A stretch of 64,000 bases of DNA. It comes from Rhizobacter sp. (GTDB taxonomy: Bacteria; Pseudomonadota; Gammaproteobacteria; Burkholderiales; Burkholderiaceae_C). Both the position numbers and the translations under genes were made by a program. Below the pieces are notes generated by a model that searched no databases, was not told where the DNA came from, and was given only the letters and a program-made list of their open reading frames with translations. Below, one piece after another: positions 54,101-62,929 of this stretch; positions within the stretch are counted from its first letter, which is position 1, and each line of letters starts with the position of its first letter. Where the stretch lies: NCBI GenBank assembly GCA_036676235.1, contig JAKFDI010000011.1, forward strand, positions 171,849-235,848, given 5' to 3'.

Positions 54101-55535
54101 GCAGGATGCTGTCGGACAGGCCGAGGCCGATGCGCGAGCTCAGCGCCTGCTGCTGGGCGCCGTTCGCCGGCGAGACCTGCTTGACGGCGGGCGGGGTCGT
54201 GTCCGGCGCGGTCGAGTGCACCATGAAGCCGCTGCCCGAGCCGTGGTCGTTGCCGATGAACACGAGGTTGCCGAAGGGCGCCACCTGACCGTGGTCGGAA
54301 TGCGACTCCTCGGTCGAACCCGGCGCGAACAAGCCGCCGCTGCCGACCTCGACGTGCTGCAGGGGGTTGCTCACGTCGACCTTGTGGATGCGGAACTGCG
54401 AGCCCTGGAACACATGGTGGTCCTGCGTGGCGCAGTACAGCTGCTCGTCGATGACGAGGCGGTTGTCCTCGGGCACGAAGCGGCTGCGGTCGGCGAGGTT
54501 GTACGCGGTCATCCTCGCGCCGGCGCCGCGCACCGAGCTGTACAGGGTGCGGCCGTCGTAGCAGGTGGCGTAGTACAGGGGGTGCGACGTGACCGTGTCC
54601 AGCACCTTGGGATTCAGCGGGTCGGAGATGTCCAGGCTCGCGAAGCCGTCGCTGTTCTCCATCGAGGTCAGCACCATCTGGTTGCCCAGGGTGAAGATCG
54701 GTCCGACGCGGAAGCCGCCGAGCTCGCCGGTCGGCACCGGATTGGGCTTGCCCGCCCCGCGGTTGGCCAGCACCGCATTGGCCGGGTCGCTCGCATCGAC
54801 GATGTAGACGCCGTCGTTGGCCGAGGCGACATACACATACGGCGCCTGCCACCACAGCTGCCAGCTCACGTTCGCGTAGTCGCCGGCGTTGACCGTGGGC
54901 AGCGCCAGCTTCTTCACCTGCTGGATGTCGTTGATATCGGTGAAGTCCCAGAACTCGACGCCCTTGGTGGTGGCGACGACGATCCACTTCTTGCCGGCTA
55001 TCGTGGACGCGCCGAACGAATGCGCCTCCCGGAACTCGGCCGTGCGCCCTTCGGGTTCGTAGATGCGCCTGACCAGTTGCATGCTGCGCGGGTTGGACAC
55101 GTCGTACAGCAGGAAGCCGCCCGGCCCCTGGCCGCTGTCGGGTGCGAACAGCGTGAGGAAGTAGCCGTTGTGCATGATCCCGGCGTTGAGCCCGAAGGCC
55201 TTGCGGCCGGGATAGGCCGCCGGCACGCCCTGCGCATCGCGCCGGATCCAGGCCACCGGCGTGAACAGTTCGTTCTGGCTGTAGCTGAGGTTGCCCAGAC
55301 CCGGGCCCTGCACGGCAGCCACGCCGACCGCGAGTGCCTGGACCCGGCCGGTGGAATGCGAAGCCGGTTGCGCGCTCTCGGCGCTGTCGCCACCTCCATC
55401 GCCACCACCGCCACCGCAGGCCGCAAGCGCCATCGCCACGAACAAGGTCAGCAGGCTCCAGAGAGCTTGCTGAAGCCTCGACCGTCCGCCCAAGGCCGGT
55501 CCGGTCACGAGATGCCAATGCGTGAGCTTCATCAC
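51054..55535 (-). CDS. Large multidomain lipoprotein: LVIVD-type propeller, Ig-like, LamG, PKD, YVTN-type propeller, di-haem cytochrome c peroxidase-like domain (ricin domain frameshifted)
   Basis: Lipobox LAAC plus a Gly-rich linker. Repeated G.Y.VD.S.P motifs. PKD YSWNFGDGT...YTVTLTV. LamG-like WHHVVLT...FKGTLADVRVYNRVL. Two CASCH haem-binding motifs (51840-51854, 51450-51464). Confidence 0.8.
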   Translation of the reverse strand: MMKLTHWHLVTGPALGGRSRLQQALWSLLTLFVAMALAACGGGGGDGGGDSAESAQPASHSTGRVQALAVGVAAVQGPGLGNLSYSQNELFTPVAWIRRDAQGVPAAYPGRKAFGLNAGIMHNGYFLTLFAPDSGQGPGGFLLYDVSNPRSMQLVRRIYEPEGRTAEFREAHSFGASTIAGKKWIVVATTKGVEFWDFTDINDIQQVKKLALPTVNAGDYANVSWQLWWQAPYVYVASANDGVYIVDASDPANAVLANRGAGKPNPVPTGELGGFRVGPIFTLGNQMVLTSMENSDGFASLDISDPLNPKVLDTVTSHPLYYATCYDGRTLYSSVRGAGARMTAYNLADRSRFVPEDNRLVIDEQLYCATQDHHVFQGSQFRIHKVDVSNPLQHVEVGSGGLFAPGSTEESHSDHGQVAPFGNLVFIGNDHGSGSGFMVHSTAPDTTPPAVKQVSPANGAQQQALSSRIGLGLSDSILPDSVNAATFIVRPVGGAALAGFYSVQLGIINFAPSQPLAPNTTYEVVLPAGGVTDYAGNAIGAEFRTTFTTGNAVNIGLSHHWSLASTLADPVGHNDGTTSGGDAFESIGLNFAPRTGGVPLADDSVASVLAGTASLSFYMKTTQAGTSVPWTAPGIFGRDQTGGSDDVFWGWIDNAGRLNLSVGDANTSNPGTRSAAAVNDGNWHHVVLTRDAASGAQAVYVDGVKTASTGRTGALGLNNRFQRLGQIEGNADFFKGTLADVRVYNRVLQDSDVTQLAALPIVGDPGLGAGPKLVNGQLVFDPAVLGGSAQYSWNFGDGTHTSFASQPNASYHYTAPGHYTVTLTVRNTAGLETYYSFPTTVIRPPTANAPTHTTNISGDGGTVYSLNPDSGTVTALDAQTLAKRWEVRVGREPRTLAVGPDGRIWVTVQDEDKLVALNAADGSASTTVSLAYGSGPYGVVFTPDHTKGLLTLEHKSTLISFNPATGATTGTLVLAGAVRGIAVSADSQAAYVTRFKSMMTGGQLHKVNLTTLSSSATVALQVDTTTADDESRARGVPNYLSQVVISPDGLRAVLPSKKDNIVRGRHRDGQDLEHDRTVRSILSQVNLQTASEVFAEQLDFDDRAPARAALFAPNGDYIFVAQMEGNRIAIVDAYSRAIRGEIADVGAAPHGLYLDAARQRLFTNNFLGRSVSVHDVSAVLSGQSGAATLLQTVATVAQEPLSAAALRGKQLFYNAADRRMSRDNYMSCASCHADGGDDGMVWDFTQRGEGLRRTVSLQGRQGLGHGNLHWSANFDEVQDFENDIRGSFGGTGFMSNADFAATANPLGAPKAGKSGALDDLAAYLGSLSRYARSPARNADGSLSASALLGRQVFANAQCASCHSGITMQDGLRHDVGTVQVSSGLGNGVPLAGVGFDTPTLYGSWAASAYFHNGQAATLPQVFASGHGNTGALSTADLNALADYVRSLDTTSALLRIRSNHSNLCVNIYGASTASGTQVRSSGPAARPATSSSP

Positions 55536-55650
55536 CGTTGTCTCCTGTGGATGCGAGGCCGGTCGTGCGCAGCGCCGGTTCCTTCGTGGGGGTTGTTCGT
55601 TCGATGGGAAGGCACCTCCTCACGGAGGGGCCGCTTGCCGCAGCGTTCGT

Positions 55651-56505
55651 TCAGCGCGCGCCGCCGGCCGACTCGTAGAGATCCCAGGCCGCTTCGGCGC
55701 TGGCGCCGCGGTGGATCATGGCCATCAGCGCGTTCACCACGGCCGATGGGTTGCCGTGCTGGTAGACGTTGCGCCCGTAGACCATGCCGACGGCGCCCTG
55801 GTCGAGCAGCACGCGAGAACGCGCGAACACCTGCTTCAGGTCTTCCCTGCCGCCGCCGCGCACGAGCACCGGGCAGCGCGCCGCCTGCACCACGCGGTGG
55901 AAGTCGGCCGGGTCGGTGGTCGGGTCGGCCTTCACGATGTCGGCGCCCATCTCGCGCGCCAGGCGCACCAGCGTGACGATCTTTTCCGCATCGCCGTCCA
56001 CCATGTAGCCGCCGCGCTCGCTGTGCGGCGCCATCACCAGCGGCTCGATCATGAGCGGCATGCCGTAGCGGTCGCAGTCGGCGCGCACGCGGGCGATGTT
56101 GCTCACGCACTGGCGGAAGAGGTCGGGCTCGTTCGGCAGCATGAAGAGGTTGACCACCACGCAGGCCGCATCCATCTGCACCGCCGGCAGCACCGGGTCG
56201 TGCTCGTTCTGCAGCACCGCCCACATCACGCGGTGGGCGACGGCGTTGTACGGGTTGCCCATGTCCAGCCGCATCACCAGGGCCGGCTTGTCGCGGCCCG
56301 GTCGCCCTTGCAGCAGATCGGCCTGGCCGTGGTTGAGCTGGATGGCGTCGGCGCCGGCCGCGATGAGCTGGTCCATCACGCGCGGCATGTCTTCCAGGCC
56401 CGCGAGAAAGCTCGGCTCGTTGCACACGCCGTGGTCGACGGCGATGTCCAGGCACCGCCCGTTGCGCATCAGCCGGTTCAGCCGCGCCTGTTTTCTTTCC
56501 AGCAT
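55651..56505 (-). CDS. Class I aldolase family protein (DeoC/FbaB/LsrF-like)
   Basis: DIAVDHG, ADIVKAD (Schiff-base Lys region) and GMVYGRNVYQ are co-linear with LsrF/FbaB-type enzymes. Confidence 0.8.
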   Translation of the reverse strand: MLERKQARLNRLMRNGRCLDIAVDHGVCNEPSFLAGLEDMPRVMDQLIAAGADAIQLNHGQADLLQGRPGRDKPALVMRLDMGNPYNAVAHRVMWAVLQNEHDPVLPAVQMDAACVVVNLFMLPNEPDLFRQCVSNIARVRADCDRYGMPLMIEPLVMAPHSERGGYMVDGDAEKIVTLVRLAREMGADIVKADPTTDPADFHRVVQAARCPVLVRGGGREDLKQVFARSRVLLDQGAVGMVYGRNVYQHGNPSAVVNALMAMIHRGASAEAAWDLYESAGGAR

Positions 56506-56611
56506 TCGAGTCTCCTGTTTCTAGGGTGAGGACGAGCGCATTCCTGCACCGGCCGCGCGGGCCGGCGCATCGTTGGTCTGCGTCCGAAAGTTGTGGCCCT
56601 TTGCCGGCGCT

Positions 56612-57595
56612 TCAGCCCATCAGGGCGCCGAGGTGGCGGTCGGCGGCGCCGTCGATCAGCGCGAGGTCTTCGGCACTCGCTGCGACATTCCCGGCGCCGG
56701 CGTTCTCGATCGCCTGAGCCGCCGTTCGCGCACCGCACAAGGCCACCGAGACCCGGCCCGACACGGTGGTCCACGCGATCATCAGTTGCGCGAACGAGCA
56801 CTGCAGCCGCGCGCGCACCGGCTCGATGTCGGCGAAGAAAGCGCTGAGCTTCGCGCGGTTGGCGGCCGAGAAGCGCGGGTGGCCCCGGCGCTGGTCGTCG
56901 CCGCTGAACTCGCGCTTCGGATCGATGGGTCCCGCGAGCAGGCCGAGGGCCAGCGACGAATAGCCGAGCACCGCAATGTCGTGCTGCCTGCACAGCGGCA
57001 GCAGCGTCCTCTCGATCTCGCGGTCGATCAGGCTGTAGCGCTCCTGGATCGCATCGACCGGCCCATGCCGCAGGTATTCGGTGAGCGTTTCGGCGTCGAC
57101 GTTGCTGACGCCGATCGCGCGGATCTTTCCCTGCCGCTTCAGATCCAGCAGCGCATCCATGGTCTCGGCCACTGGCGTGGTGGGGTCCTGCCAGTGGGTG
57201 ATGTAGAGGTCGACGTAATCGGTGCGCAGCCGTCGCAGGCTCTGCTCGAGCTCATGAACGATGGCATCGCGCCCGAGGTAGCGATAAACCGCCCGGCCTT
57301 CCTCGTCGAAGAAGTGCGTGCCCTTGTCCGTGTGCCAGACCAGGCCGCACTTGGTGGCGATGACCGCCTCGTGGCGCCGCCCCTTCAGCGCGGTGCCCAC
57401 CAGGGCTTCGGCGCGCCCGAGGCCGTAGGCCGGTGCGGTGTCGATCAGGCGCACGCCGGCATCGAGCGAGGCGCGGATCGCCTCGACGGCGGCCGCGTCA
57501 TCCCCCCCACCCCACATCCAGCCGCCCATGGCCCAGGTGCCGAGACCCACGTCCTCGCATTCGATGCCCGAGGCACCCAACTTCGTTGTTCTCAT
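56612..57595 (-). CDS. Aldo/keto reductase
   Basis: MRTTKLGASGIE...IDTAPAYG...YVDLYITHW motifs. ATGA overlap with the permease stop. Confidence 0.88.
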   Translation of the reverse strand: MRTTKLGASGIECEDVGLGTWAMGGWMWGGGDDAAAVEAIRASLDAGVRLIDTAPAYGLGRAEALVGTALKGRRHEAVIATKCGLVWHTDKGTHFFDEEGRAVYRYLGRDAIVHELEQSLRRLRTDYVDLYITHWQDPTTPVAETMDALLDLKRQGKIRAIGVSNVDAETLTEYLRHGPVDAIQERYSLIDREIERTLLPLCRQHDIAVLGYSSLALGLLAGPIDPKREFSGDDQRRGHPRFSAANRAKLSAFFADIEPVRARLQCSFAQLMIAWTTVSGRVSVALCGARTAAQAIENAGAGNVAASAEDLALIDGAADRHLGALMG

Positions 57596-58632
57596 CGGAT
57601 GACCTTCTTGACGTTCATGAGGTGGTCGACGGTGACGGCCACCAGCAGGATCAGGCCCTTGATCACGTCCTGCCAGTAGGGCGAGACGTCGAGCAGGATC
57701 AGCGAGCTGGTGACCACCGACAGCAGCGCAAGACCCAACACCGCTCCCAGCACCGTGCCGGAGCCGCCCTTGAGGCTGGCGCCGCCGATCACCACTGCGG
57801 CGATGACGTTCAGCTCCATGCCCACGCCGAAGGTCGGCGTGGCGGCGCCGAAGCGTGCGGTGTAGATCACGCCGGCCAGCCCCGCCATCGCCGAGCACAG
57901 CACCGTGACCCAGAACTTCACGTGGCCGGTGCGGATGCCCGAGTACAGCGCAGCCTTCTCGTTGCTGCCGGTGTAGAACACCTTTCGCAGCACGGTCGCG
58001 CGGCGCAACGCGAAGTCGCTGGCCACGACGATCAGCCCGAAGATCAGGATCACCACCGGGATGCCGCCGATCGATCCCTGGCCGATGAACTTGAATTCCG
58101 GCGGCAGCGAGAACAGCGACTGCGGCGTGCCTTGCGTGAACGCGAGGCACAGGCCGCGCACGATCACCATGAAGGCCAGCGAGGCAATGAAGTGGCTGAG
58201 CCCGATGCCGGTGACGCAGCCGCCGATCATGGCGCCGATGAGTGCGCAGCAGGCGATGGCGATCAGGCTCGCGGTCCACGGGTCGAGCCCGAGCAGGAAC
58301 AGCGCACCGGTGATCACCATCGCCAGGCACACCACCGAGCCGACCGACAAGTCGATGCCGCCCACGATCATGAGCACCGTCATGCCGACCACGACGATGC
58401 CCTCGATCGAGAACGACAACAGCATCGCGCGCACGTTCTCCCAGGTCAGGAAATACGGGGACGCGAAGCTCATCACCACGCACAGCGCCGCGATGATGAG
58501 CAGCAGGCCGGCCTCGCGCATGCTGGAGAACCGGCCTCTGGTTCTTTTCGCGGACGCTGCGCCCGCTCCGCTGGCCGCGGGTATGGCCAACGCGGCGGTG
58601 CCCCCGCCGGCGGTCTCGTGTTCGAGCATCAA
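57592..58632 (-). CDS. Sugar ABC transporter permease (RbsC/AraH type)
   Basis: About 9-10 TM segments and a typical monosaccharide CUT2 permease layout. Confidence 0.88.
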   Translation of the reverse strand: MMLEHETAGGGTAALAIPAASGAGAASAKRTRGRFSSMREAGLLLIIAALCVVMSFASPYFLTWENVRAMLLSFSIEGIVVVGMTVLMIVGGIDLSVGSVVCLAMVITGALFLLGLDPWTASLIAIACCALIGAMIGGCVTGIGLSHFIASLAFMVIVRGLCLAFTQGTPQSLFSLPPEFKFIGQGSIGGIPVVILIFGLIVVASDFALRRATVLRKVFYTGSNEKAALYSGIRTGHVKFWVTVLCSAMAGLAGVIYTARFGAATPTFGVGMELNVIAAVVIGGASLKGGSGTVLGAVLGLALLSVVTSSLILLDVSPYWQDVIKGLILLVAVTVDHLMNVKKVIR

Positions 58633-60146
58633 TGCACCTCCTCGACGGCAAGGCCCGAGGCCAGCCGCAACAGCTTTTCTTCCGTCATGTCCTTGGCCGC
58701 CACTTCGCCGGCGAGCCGGCCTTCGCGGATTACCAGCGCCCGGTCACACAGGCCGATGATTTCCGGCAGCTCGGACGAAATGACGACCACGCCCACGCCC
58801 TGGTCGGCGAGGTCGCGCAGGATGTGGTGGATCTCCGACTTGGCGCCCACGTCGACCCCGCGTGTGGGCTCGTCCATCAGCATCACCGCCGGGTTGATGG
58901 CCAGCAGCTTGGCAATCGCCACCTTCTGCTGGTTGCCGCCCGAGAGGCTGGCCGCCTCGCAGGCAACGCCGTCGGACTTGAGGTTCAGGCGTTTGCCCAG
59001 TTCCTCGGCCAGTTGTCGCTCGGCGGCGTGCTTGAGCAGCCCCGCACGCGAGCTGATGCGGCGCGGCGCCATGGCCGAAATGTTCTGTGCAACCGACATC
59101 TCGAGGAACACGCCGGCCTCCTTGCGGTCCTCGCTGAGATAGGCGATGCCGTGCCGCAAGGCGTCGCCGTAGGTGTCGATGGCGAGCGGCTTGCCGTTCA
59201 GCCGCACCGTGCCGCGCCGCGCCCGGCGCAGGCCGCACACCGTCTCGGCCAGCTCGCTGCGGCCGGCGCCCATCAGCCCGGCGATGCCCAGCACCTCGCC
59301 GCGCTTGAGCGCGAAGGAGATGCCGTGCACGCGGTCGCCGTCGGCGATGTTCTCCACTTCCAGCAGGTGCTCCACGCCGAACTCGCCGCACTTGGGCGGG
59401 TAGTAGCTGCCGAGGTCCCGACCCACCATCGCGCGCACCAGCGTGTCGGGGCTCAGCTCGGCGATGTCTGCGCAATGCACGTCGCGCCCGTCGCGCAGCA
59501 CGGTGACGCGGTCGCAATGCGCAAAGATCTCGGCCATGCGGTGGCTGATGTAGACGATGCCGATGCCCTGCGCCTTCAGGTCGTGCAGCACGCGGAACAG
59601 CGCTACCGATTCCGTCTCGGTGAGGGCAGCGGTGGGCTCGTCGAGGATCAGCACCTTGCAATCAAGCGTCAGCGCCTTGGCGATCTCGACCAGTTGCTGA
59701 CTGCCGATCGGCAACTCGTGGACGCGGCGCTCGGGCGGGATGTCCTGGCCGAGGCGCGCCAGCACGTGCGCTGCGCGCGCTTCGAGGCTGCGGTAGTCCA
59801 TCCACGGACGGCGGGTGGCGTTGAGCTCGGCCATGAACACGTTCTCGGCCACCGTGGCGTCGCCGCACAGCGCGATCTCCTGGTGCACGAGGCCGATGCC
59901 CAGGCGCATCGCGTGCGCCGGGCCGGCTATCACCACCGTCTCGCCGTCGAGCACGACCTCGCCGGCATCCGGCTGGTGGATGCCGTCGATGATCTTCATC
60001 AGCGTCGACTTGCCGGCGCCGTTCTCGCCGCACAGCGCGTGAATCTCGCCGCGGCGCAGCGAGAAGTCCACGCCGGCAAGCGCACGCGTCGTGCCGAAGT
60101 GCTTGCTGATGCCACGCAACTCAAGCAGTGGCGATCCCGCGTTCAT
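58629..60146 (-). CDS. Sugar ABC transporter ATP-binding protein (duplicated ATPase, RbsA type)
   Basis: Walker A GENGAGKST and LSGGNQQK/ILDEPT signatures in two NBDs. Start at MNAGSPLLELRG with a GGAGG RBS. Confidence 0.92.
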   Translation of the reverse strand: MNAGSPLLELRGISKHFGTTRALAGVDFSLRRGEIHALCGENGAGKSTLMKIIDGIHQPDAGEVVLDGETVVIAGPAHAMRLGIGLVHQEIALCGDATVAENVFMAELNATRRPWMDYRSLEARAAHVLARLGQDIPPERRVHELPIGSQQLVEIAKALTLDCKVLILDEPTAALTETESVALFRVLHDLKAQGIGIVYISHRMAEIFAHCDRVTVLRDGRDVHCADIAELSPDTLVRAMVGRDLGSYYPPKCGEFGVEHLLEVENIADGDRVHGISFALKRGEVLGIAGLMGAGRSELAETVCGLRRARRGTVRLNGKPLAIDTYGDALRHGIAYLSEDRKEAGVFLEMSVAQNISAMAPRRISSRAGLLKHAAERQLAEELGKRLNLKSDGVACEAASLSGGNQQKVAIAKLLAINPAVMLMDEPTRGVDVGAKSEIHHILRDLADQGVGVVVISSELPEIIGLCDRALVIREGRLAGEVAAKDMTEEKLLRLASGLAVEEVH

Positions 60147-60219
60147 CGGTGCCTCCTGTGATCCGGCGGGCTGCCGCTGCGACAGACAGCAAAGCGCCAT
60201 CGCAACGGCTGCGCGACGC

Positions 60220-61254
60220 TCATTCGTTGATGCCCTTCGTGCCGCGGCGCTCGAGGTACTTGTCCCAGTAGAAGTCGTCGGCGTTGGCCTTGTTGACCAC
60301 CGACAGCCCGTTGTCGAGGAAGGGCACGGCCATCGGGTTCTTGCCGCTGCGCTTGTAGTCGTTCATCGGGTCGATGAGCTGCGGGTTCTTCGCCATGAAC
60401 AGCATCAGCATGCCCATGTAGCCCTGCACGCCCTGGTTCGGGTTGATGGCCCCGAACATGTCGCCGGACTTGATCATGTCGAGGATCTTGGCGTTCACGT
60501 CGCAGCACATCACGCGGATGTTCTTCTTGGTCTCGACCTTGGCCTGCGCCGCGCCGAGCGCCGAGTTGGCCTCGGGCATGAAGACCGCGCCCAGGTTGGG
60601 ATTGGCCTGCGCAATGCTCAGCATCGCCTGGTAGGCCTTGTTCGGATCCTGGTTGCTGGCGGCGCGGCCAGCCAGCTTCATGCCCGGATGCTTGGTCTTC
60701 ATGCGGTCGATGAAGGCCGCGATGCGGCGGTCGTGGTTGTCCTGACCGGGGTTCTCGAGCACGGCGTATTCGCCCTTGCCGTTCAGCGCGGCGGCGATCG
60801 AATCGGCCGCGTAGGCGCCCTCGTTGTCGTTGTTGGAGGTGACGAAGGACACGCGCTTGGAGTTGGGCGAATCGGCGGCGAAGGTGACCACCGGAATCCC
60901 CATCGCGGCCGCCCGGTTGATCGGCTCGATAAAGGGATCGGGATTCATCGGGTGCAGCAGGATGCCCGCCGGCTTGCGCGCCAGCTCCTGCTCGAACGAC
61001 GCCAATTGCTTGTTGACGTCGTACTCGGGCGTGCCGGTGTAGCGCGTCTTCACGCCCAGCGTGCGGCCGAGCTGCTTCATCATTTCGTAGACCGGGAACC
61101 AGTACTCCACGCCCGACACCATCACGTTCATCACGTAGACGTCGTTCGGTTTGCCGCGCAGGCCCACGGCCTCCGATTTCGCGAACGCGCTGCTTGCGCC
61201 GCCCAGCATGCCGGCACCGGCCACGGCCGCGGTCTTCAAGAAATCTCGCCTCAT
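60220..61254 (-). CDS. Periplasmic sugar-binding protein (CUT2/RbsB-like) with Tat-type signal
   Basis: MRRDFLKTAAVAGAGMLGGASSAFA twin-arginine signal, then a type I periplasmic-binding fold. Confidence 0.85.
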   Translation of the reverse strand: MRRDFLKTAAVAGAGMLGGASSAFAKSEAVGLRGKPNDVYVMNVMVSGVEYWFPVYEMMKQLGRTLGVKTRYTGTPEYDVNKQLASFEQELARKPAGILLHPMNPDPFIEPINRAAAMGIPVVTFAADSPNSKRVSFVTSNNDNEGAYAADSIAAALNGKGEYAVLENPGQDNHDRRIAAFIDRMKTKHPGMKLAGRAASNQDPNKAYQAMLSIAQANPNLGAVFMPEANSALGAAQAKVETKKNIRVMCCDVNAKILDMIKSGDMFGAINPNQGVQGYMGMLMLFMAKNPQLIDPMNDYKRSGKNPMAVPFLDNGLSVVNKANADDFYWDKYLERRGTKGINE

Positions 61255-61335
61255 CGTCGTCTCCTTGTCTCGTTGATCTTGCGGGCTCGAAGGCCCGTGG
61301 CTTGTCGTTCGCCTGAGCCTCGAAGTGGGTTCAGT

Positions 61336-61345
61336 TGTCATGACA
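61336..61345. promoter_or_regulatory. Candidate operator 1 (TGTCATGACA perfect palindrome)
   Basis: 10-bp perfect palindrome in the divergent intergenic region between the SBP gene and the kinase gene. Confidence 0.35.
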
Positions 61346-61423
61346 GCGATAAGATAAGTGCAAGCCGGATTCGCGACAACCTAGGAGTAACACCATTACA
61401 ACTCCGCTCAAGCTCGGCCACGA

Positions 61424-61438
61424 TGTCATAACATGACA
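61424..61438. promoter_or_regulatory. Candidate operator 2 (TGTCAT-AAC-ATGACA)
   Basis: Same half-sites as operator 1 with a 3-nt spacer. Overlaps the kinase start codon at 61433. Confidence 0.35.
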
Positions 61439-62929
61439 AACGACATCTCAGACATCTTCATTGGGATCGACATGGGCTCCACCGGGCTCAAGGCCGTCGC
61501 CTTCGAGGCCGGAACCGGAGCCACGCTGGCGACCGCCGGCGACGCGCTGCCGCATGTGCGCCTGCCCGGCGGCGGCTGCGAGATCGCGGGCCCTGCGATC
61601 CGCAGTGCGCTCGCGCAGGCGCTGCGGAGCGTCTCGCGGCAGCTCGGGCCGCGGGTGGCCGCCGTGCGCGCCCTCGGCTGCACCGGCCACGGCGCCGGCC
61701 TGTATGCGCTGGACGCCCACGGCGAGCTGCTGCGCGACCGGGCGGTCGCCTCCACCGACCAGCGGGCCGCCGGCCGGGCCCGCGCGCTGGCGCAGCAGCA
61801 CGGGCCCGCGCTGTTCGAGGACGTCGGCTGCCAGCCCTGGGCCGGCCAGCCGACGCTGATCGCGGCCGAGCTGTTCGCTGCCGATGCGGCGCAGCGCGGC
61901 GCGATGCGCCATCTGTCCTTCGCCAAGGACTACCTCGCCTTTCTGCTCACCGGCGAACTCGCCACCGATGCCAGCGACGCCAGCACCGCGGGCCTGCTGT
62001 CGCTCGCCACCGGCCACTGGTCGACGCCGGCCTTCGAGGCAGCCGGGCTCGCCGACCTCGCCTCGGGCGTGCTGCCACCCCTCGTGCCTGCCGGCACGCT
62101 GATCGGCCGGCTGCTGCCCGCGCAGGCGGCCGACTGCGGATTGCCGGCCGGGCTGCCAGTAGCCGCCGGTGCGATCGACCTGCTGGCCTCGCTGCAGGCG
62201 GTCGGCGCGCAGCAGCGCGGCCAGGCCGTGGCGGTGATGGGCACCTGGTGCGTCAACGCGGTCGTGGCGCCCGTGCGCGAGCCCAAGCCGCCGGTTGCGG
62301 CCATCGTGAACTTCGGCGTGGCGGATCAGCGGCTCTACATGGAGAACAGCCCCTCGTCGATGGCCAACATCGCGTGGCTCGCGCGCACACTGAACTTTTC
62401 CAGCGCCGCGGCGGTGGTCGATTGCGCGATGTCGGTGCCGCTGGGCGCTGCCGGGTTGCGCTTCGCGCCCTTCATCAACGGCGGCAGCGCGCCGCCGGGC
62501 GCCACGGCAGGCTTCATCGGCCTGGCCAGCCACCACGAGCGTGCGCACATGGCGCGTGCCGTGGTCGACGCGGTGGCCGTGCTGCATGCGCAGCATCTGG
62601 GCCGGCTGGCGTCGCTGGACCTCGGCACGCCCGGGCGTGTTGCCGCGCTGGGCGGCGGTGCACGCGATGTGCGCCTGGTGCAGTTGCTGGCCTCCTTCAT
62701 GGGCCACCCCGTCGAGCGCTGCGGCGACGACGAGACCGGCGCGCGCGGCGCGGCGCTCTACGCCGCGCAGTCGCAGGGCGCGCCGCTGGACGTGCTGCCC
62801 GCCCCCTGCGACCTGGTCGAGCCGGCACGCGCTGACCAGCAGGCGCATGCCGACTTCCGCGCCGGCTTCGCAGCGCTGATGAGCGATCTCGCGCCGGCGT
62901 TCGCGCAACTCGCGGGAGGCCGGCCATGA
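61433..62929 (+). CDS. FGGY-family carbohydrate/polyol kinase
   Basis: GIDMGSTGLKAV phosphate-1 motif and FAKDYLAFLLTGE...DASDASTAGL. Confidence 0.85.
   Translation: MTNDISDIFIGIDMGSTGLKAVAFEAGTGATLATAGDALPHVRLPGGGCEIAGPAIRSALAQALRSVSRQLGPRVAAVRALGCTGHGAGLYALDAHGELLRDRAVASTDQRAAGRARALAQQHGPALFEDVGCQPWAGQPTLIAAELFAADAAQRGAMRHLSFAKDYLAFLLTGELATDASDASTAGLLSLATGHWSTPAFEAAGLADLASGVLPPLVPAGTLIGRLLPAQAADCGLPAGLPVAAGAIDLLASLQAVGAQQRGQAVAVMGTWCVNAVVAPVREPKPPVAAIVNFGVADQRLYMENSPSSMANIAWLARTLNFSSAAAVVDCAMSVPLGAAGLRFAPFINGGSAPPGATAGFIGLASHHERAHMARAVVDAVAVLHAQHLGRLASLDLGTPGRVAALGGGARDVRLVQLLASFMGHPVERCGDDETGARGAALYAAQSQGAPLDVLPAPCDLVEPARADQQAHADFRAGFAALMSDLAPAFAQLAGGRP

Noticed and set aside
57596-58651. 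N-terminal 352 aa of the 679-aa ORF that ends as the aldo/keto reductase.
   Set aside because: It is an alternate frame of the ABC permease gene with Arg/His/Gly-rich nonsense translation. The AKR starts at MRTTKLG (57595) with an ATGA overlap on the permease stop.
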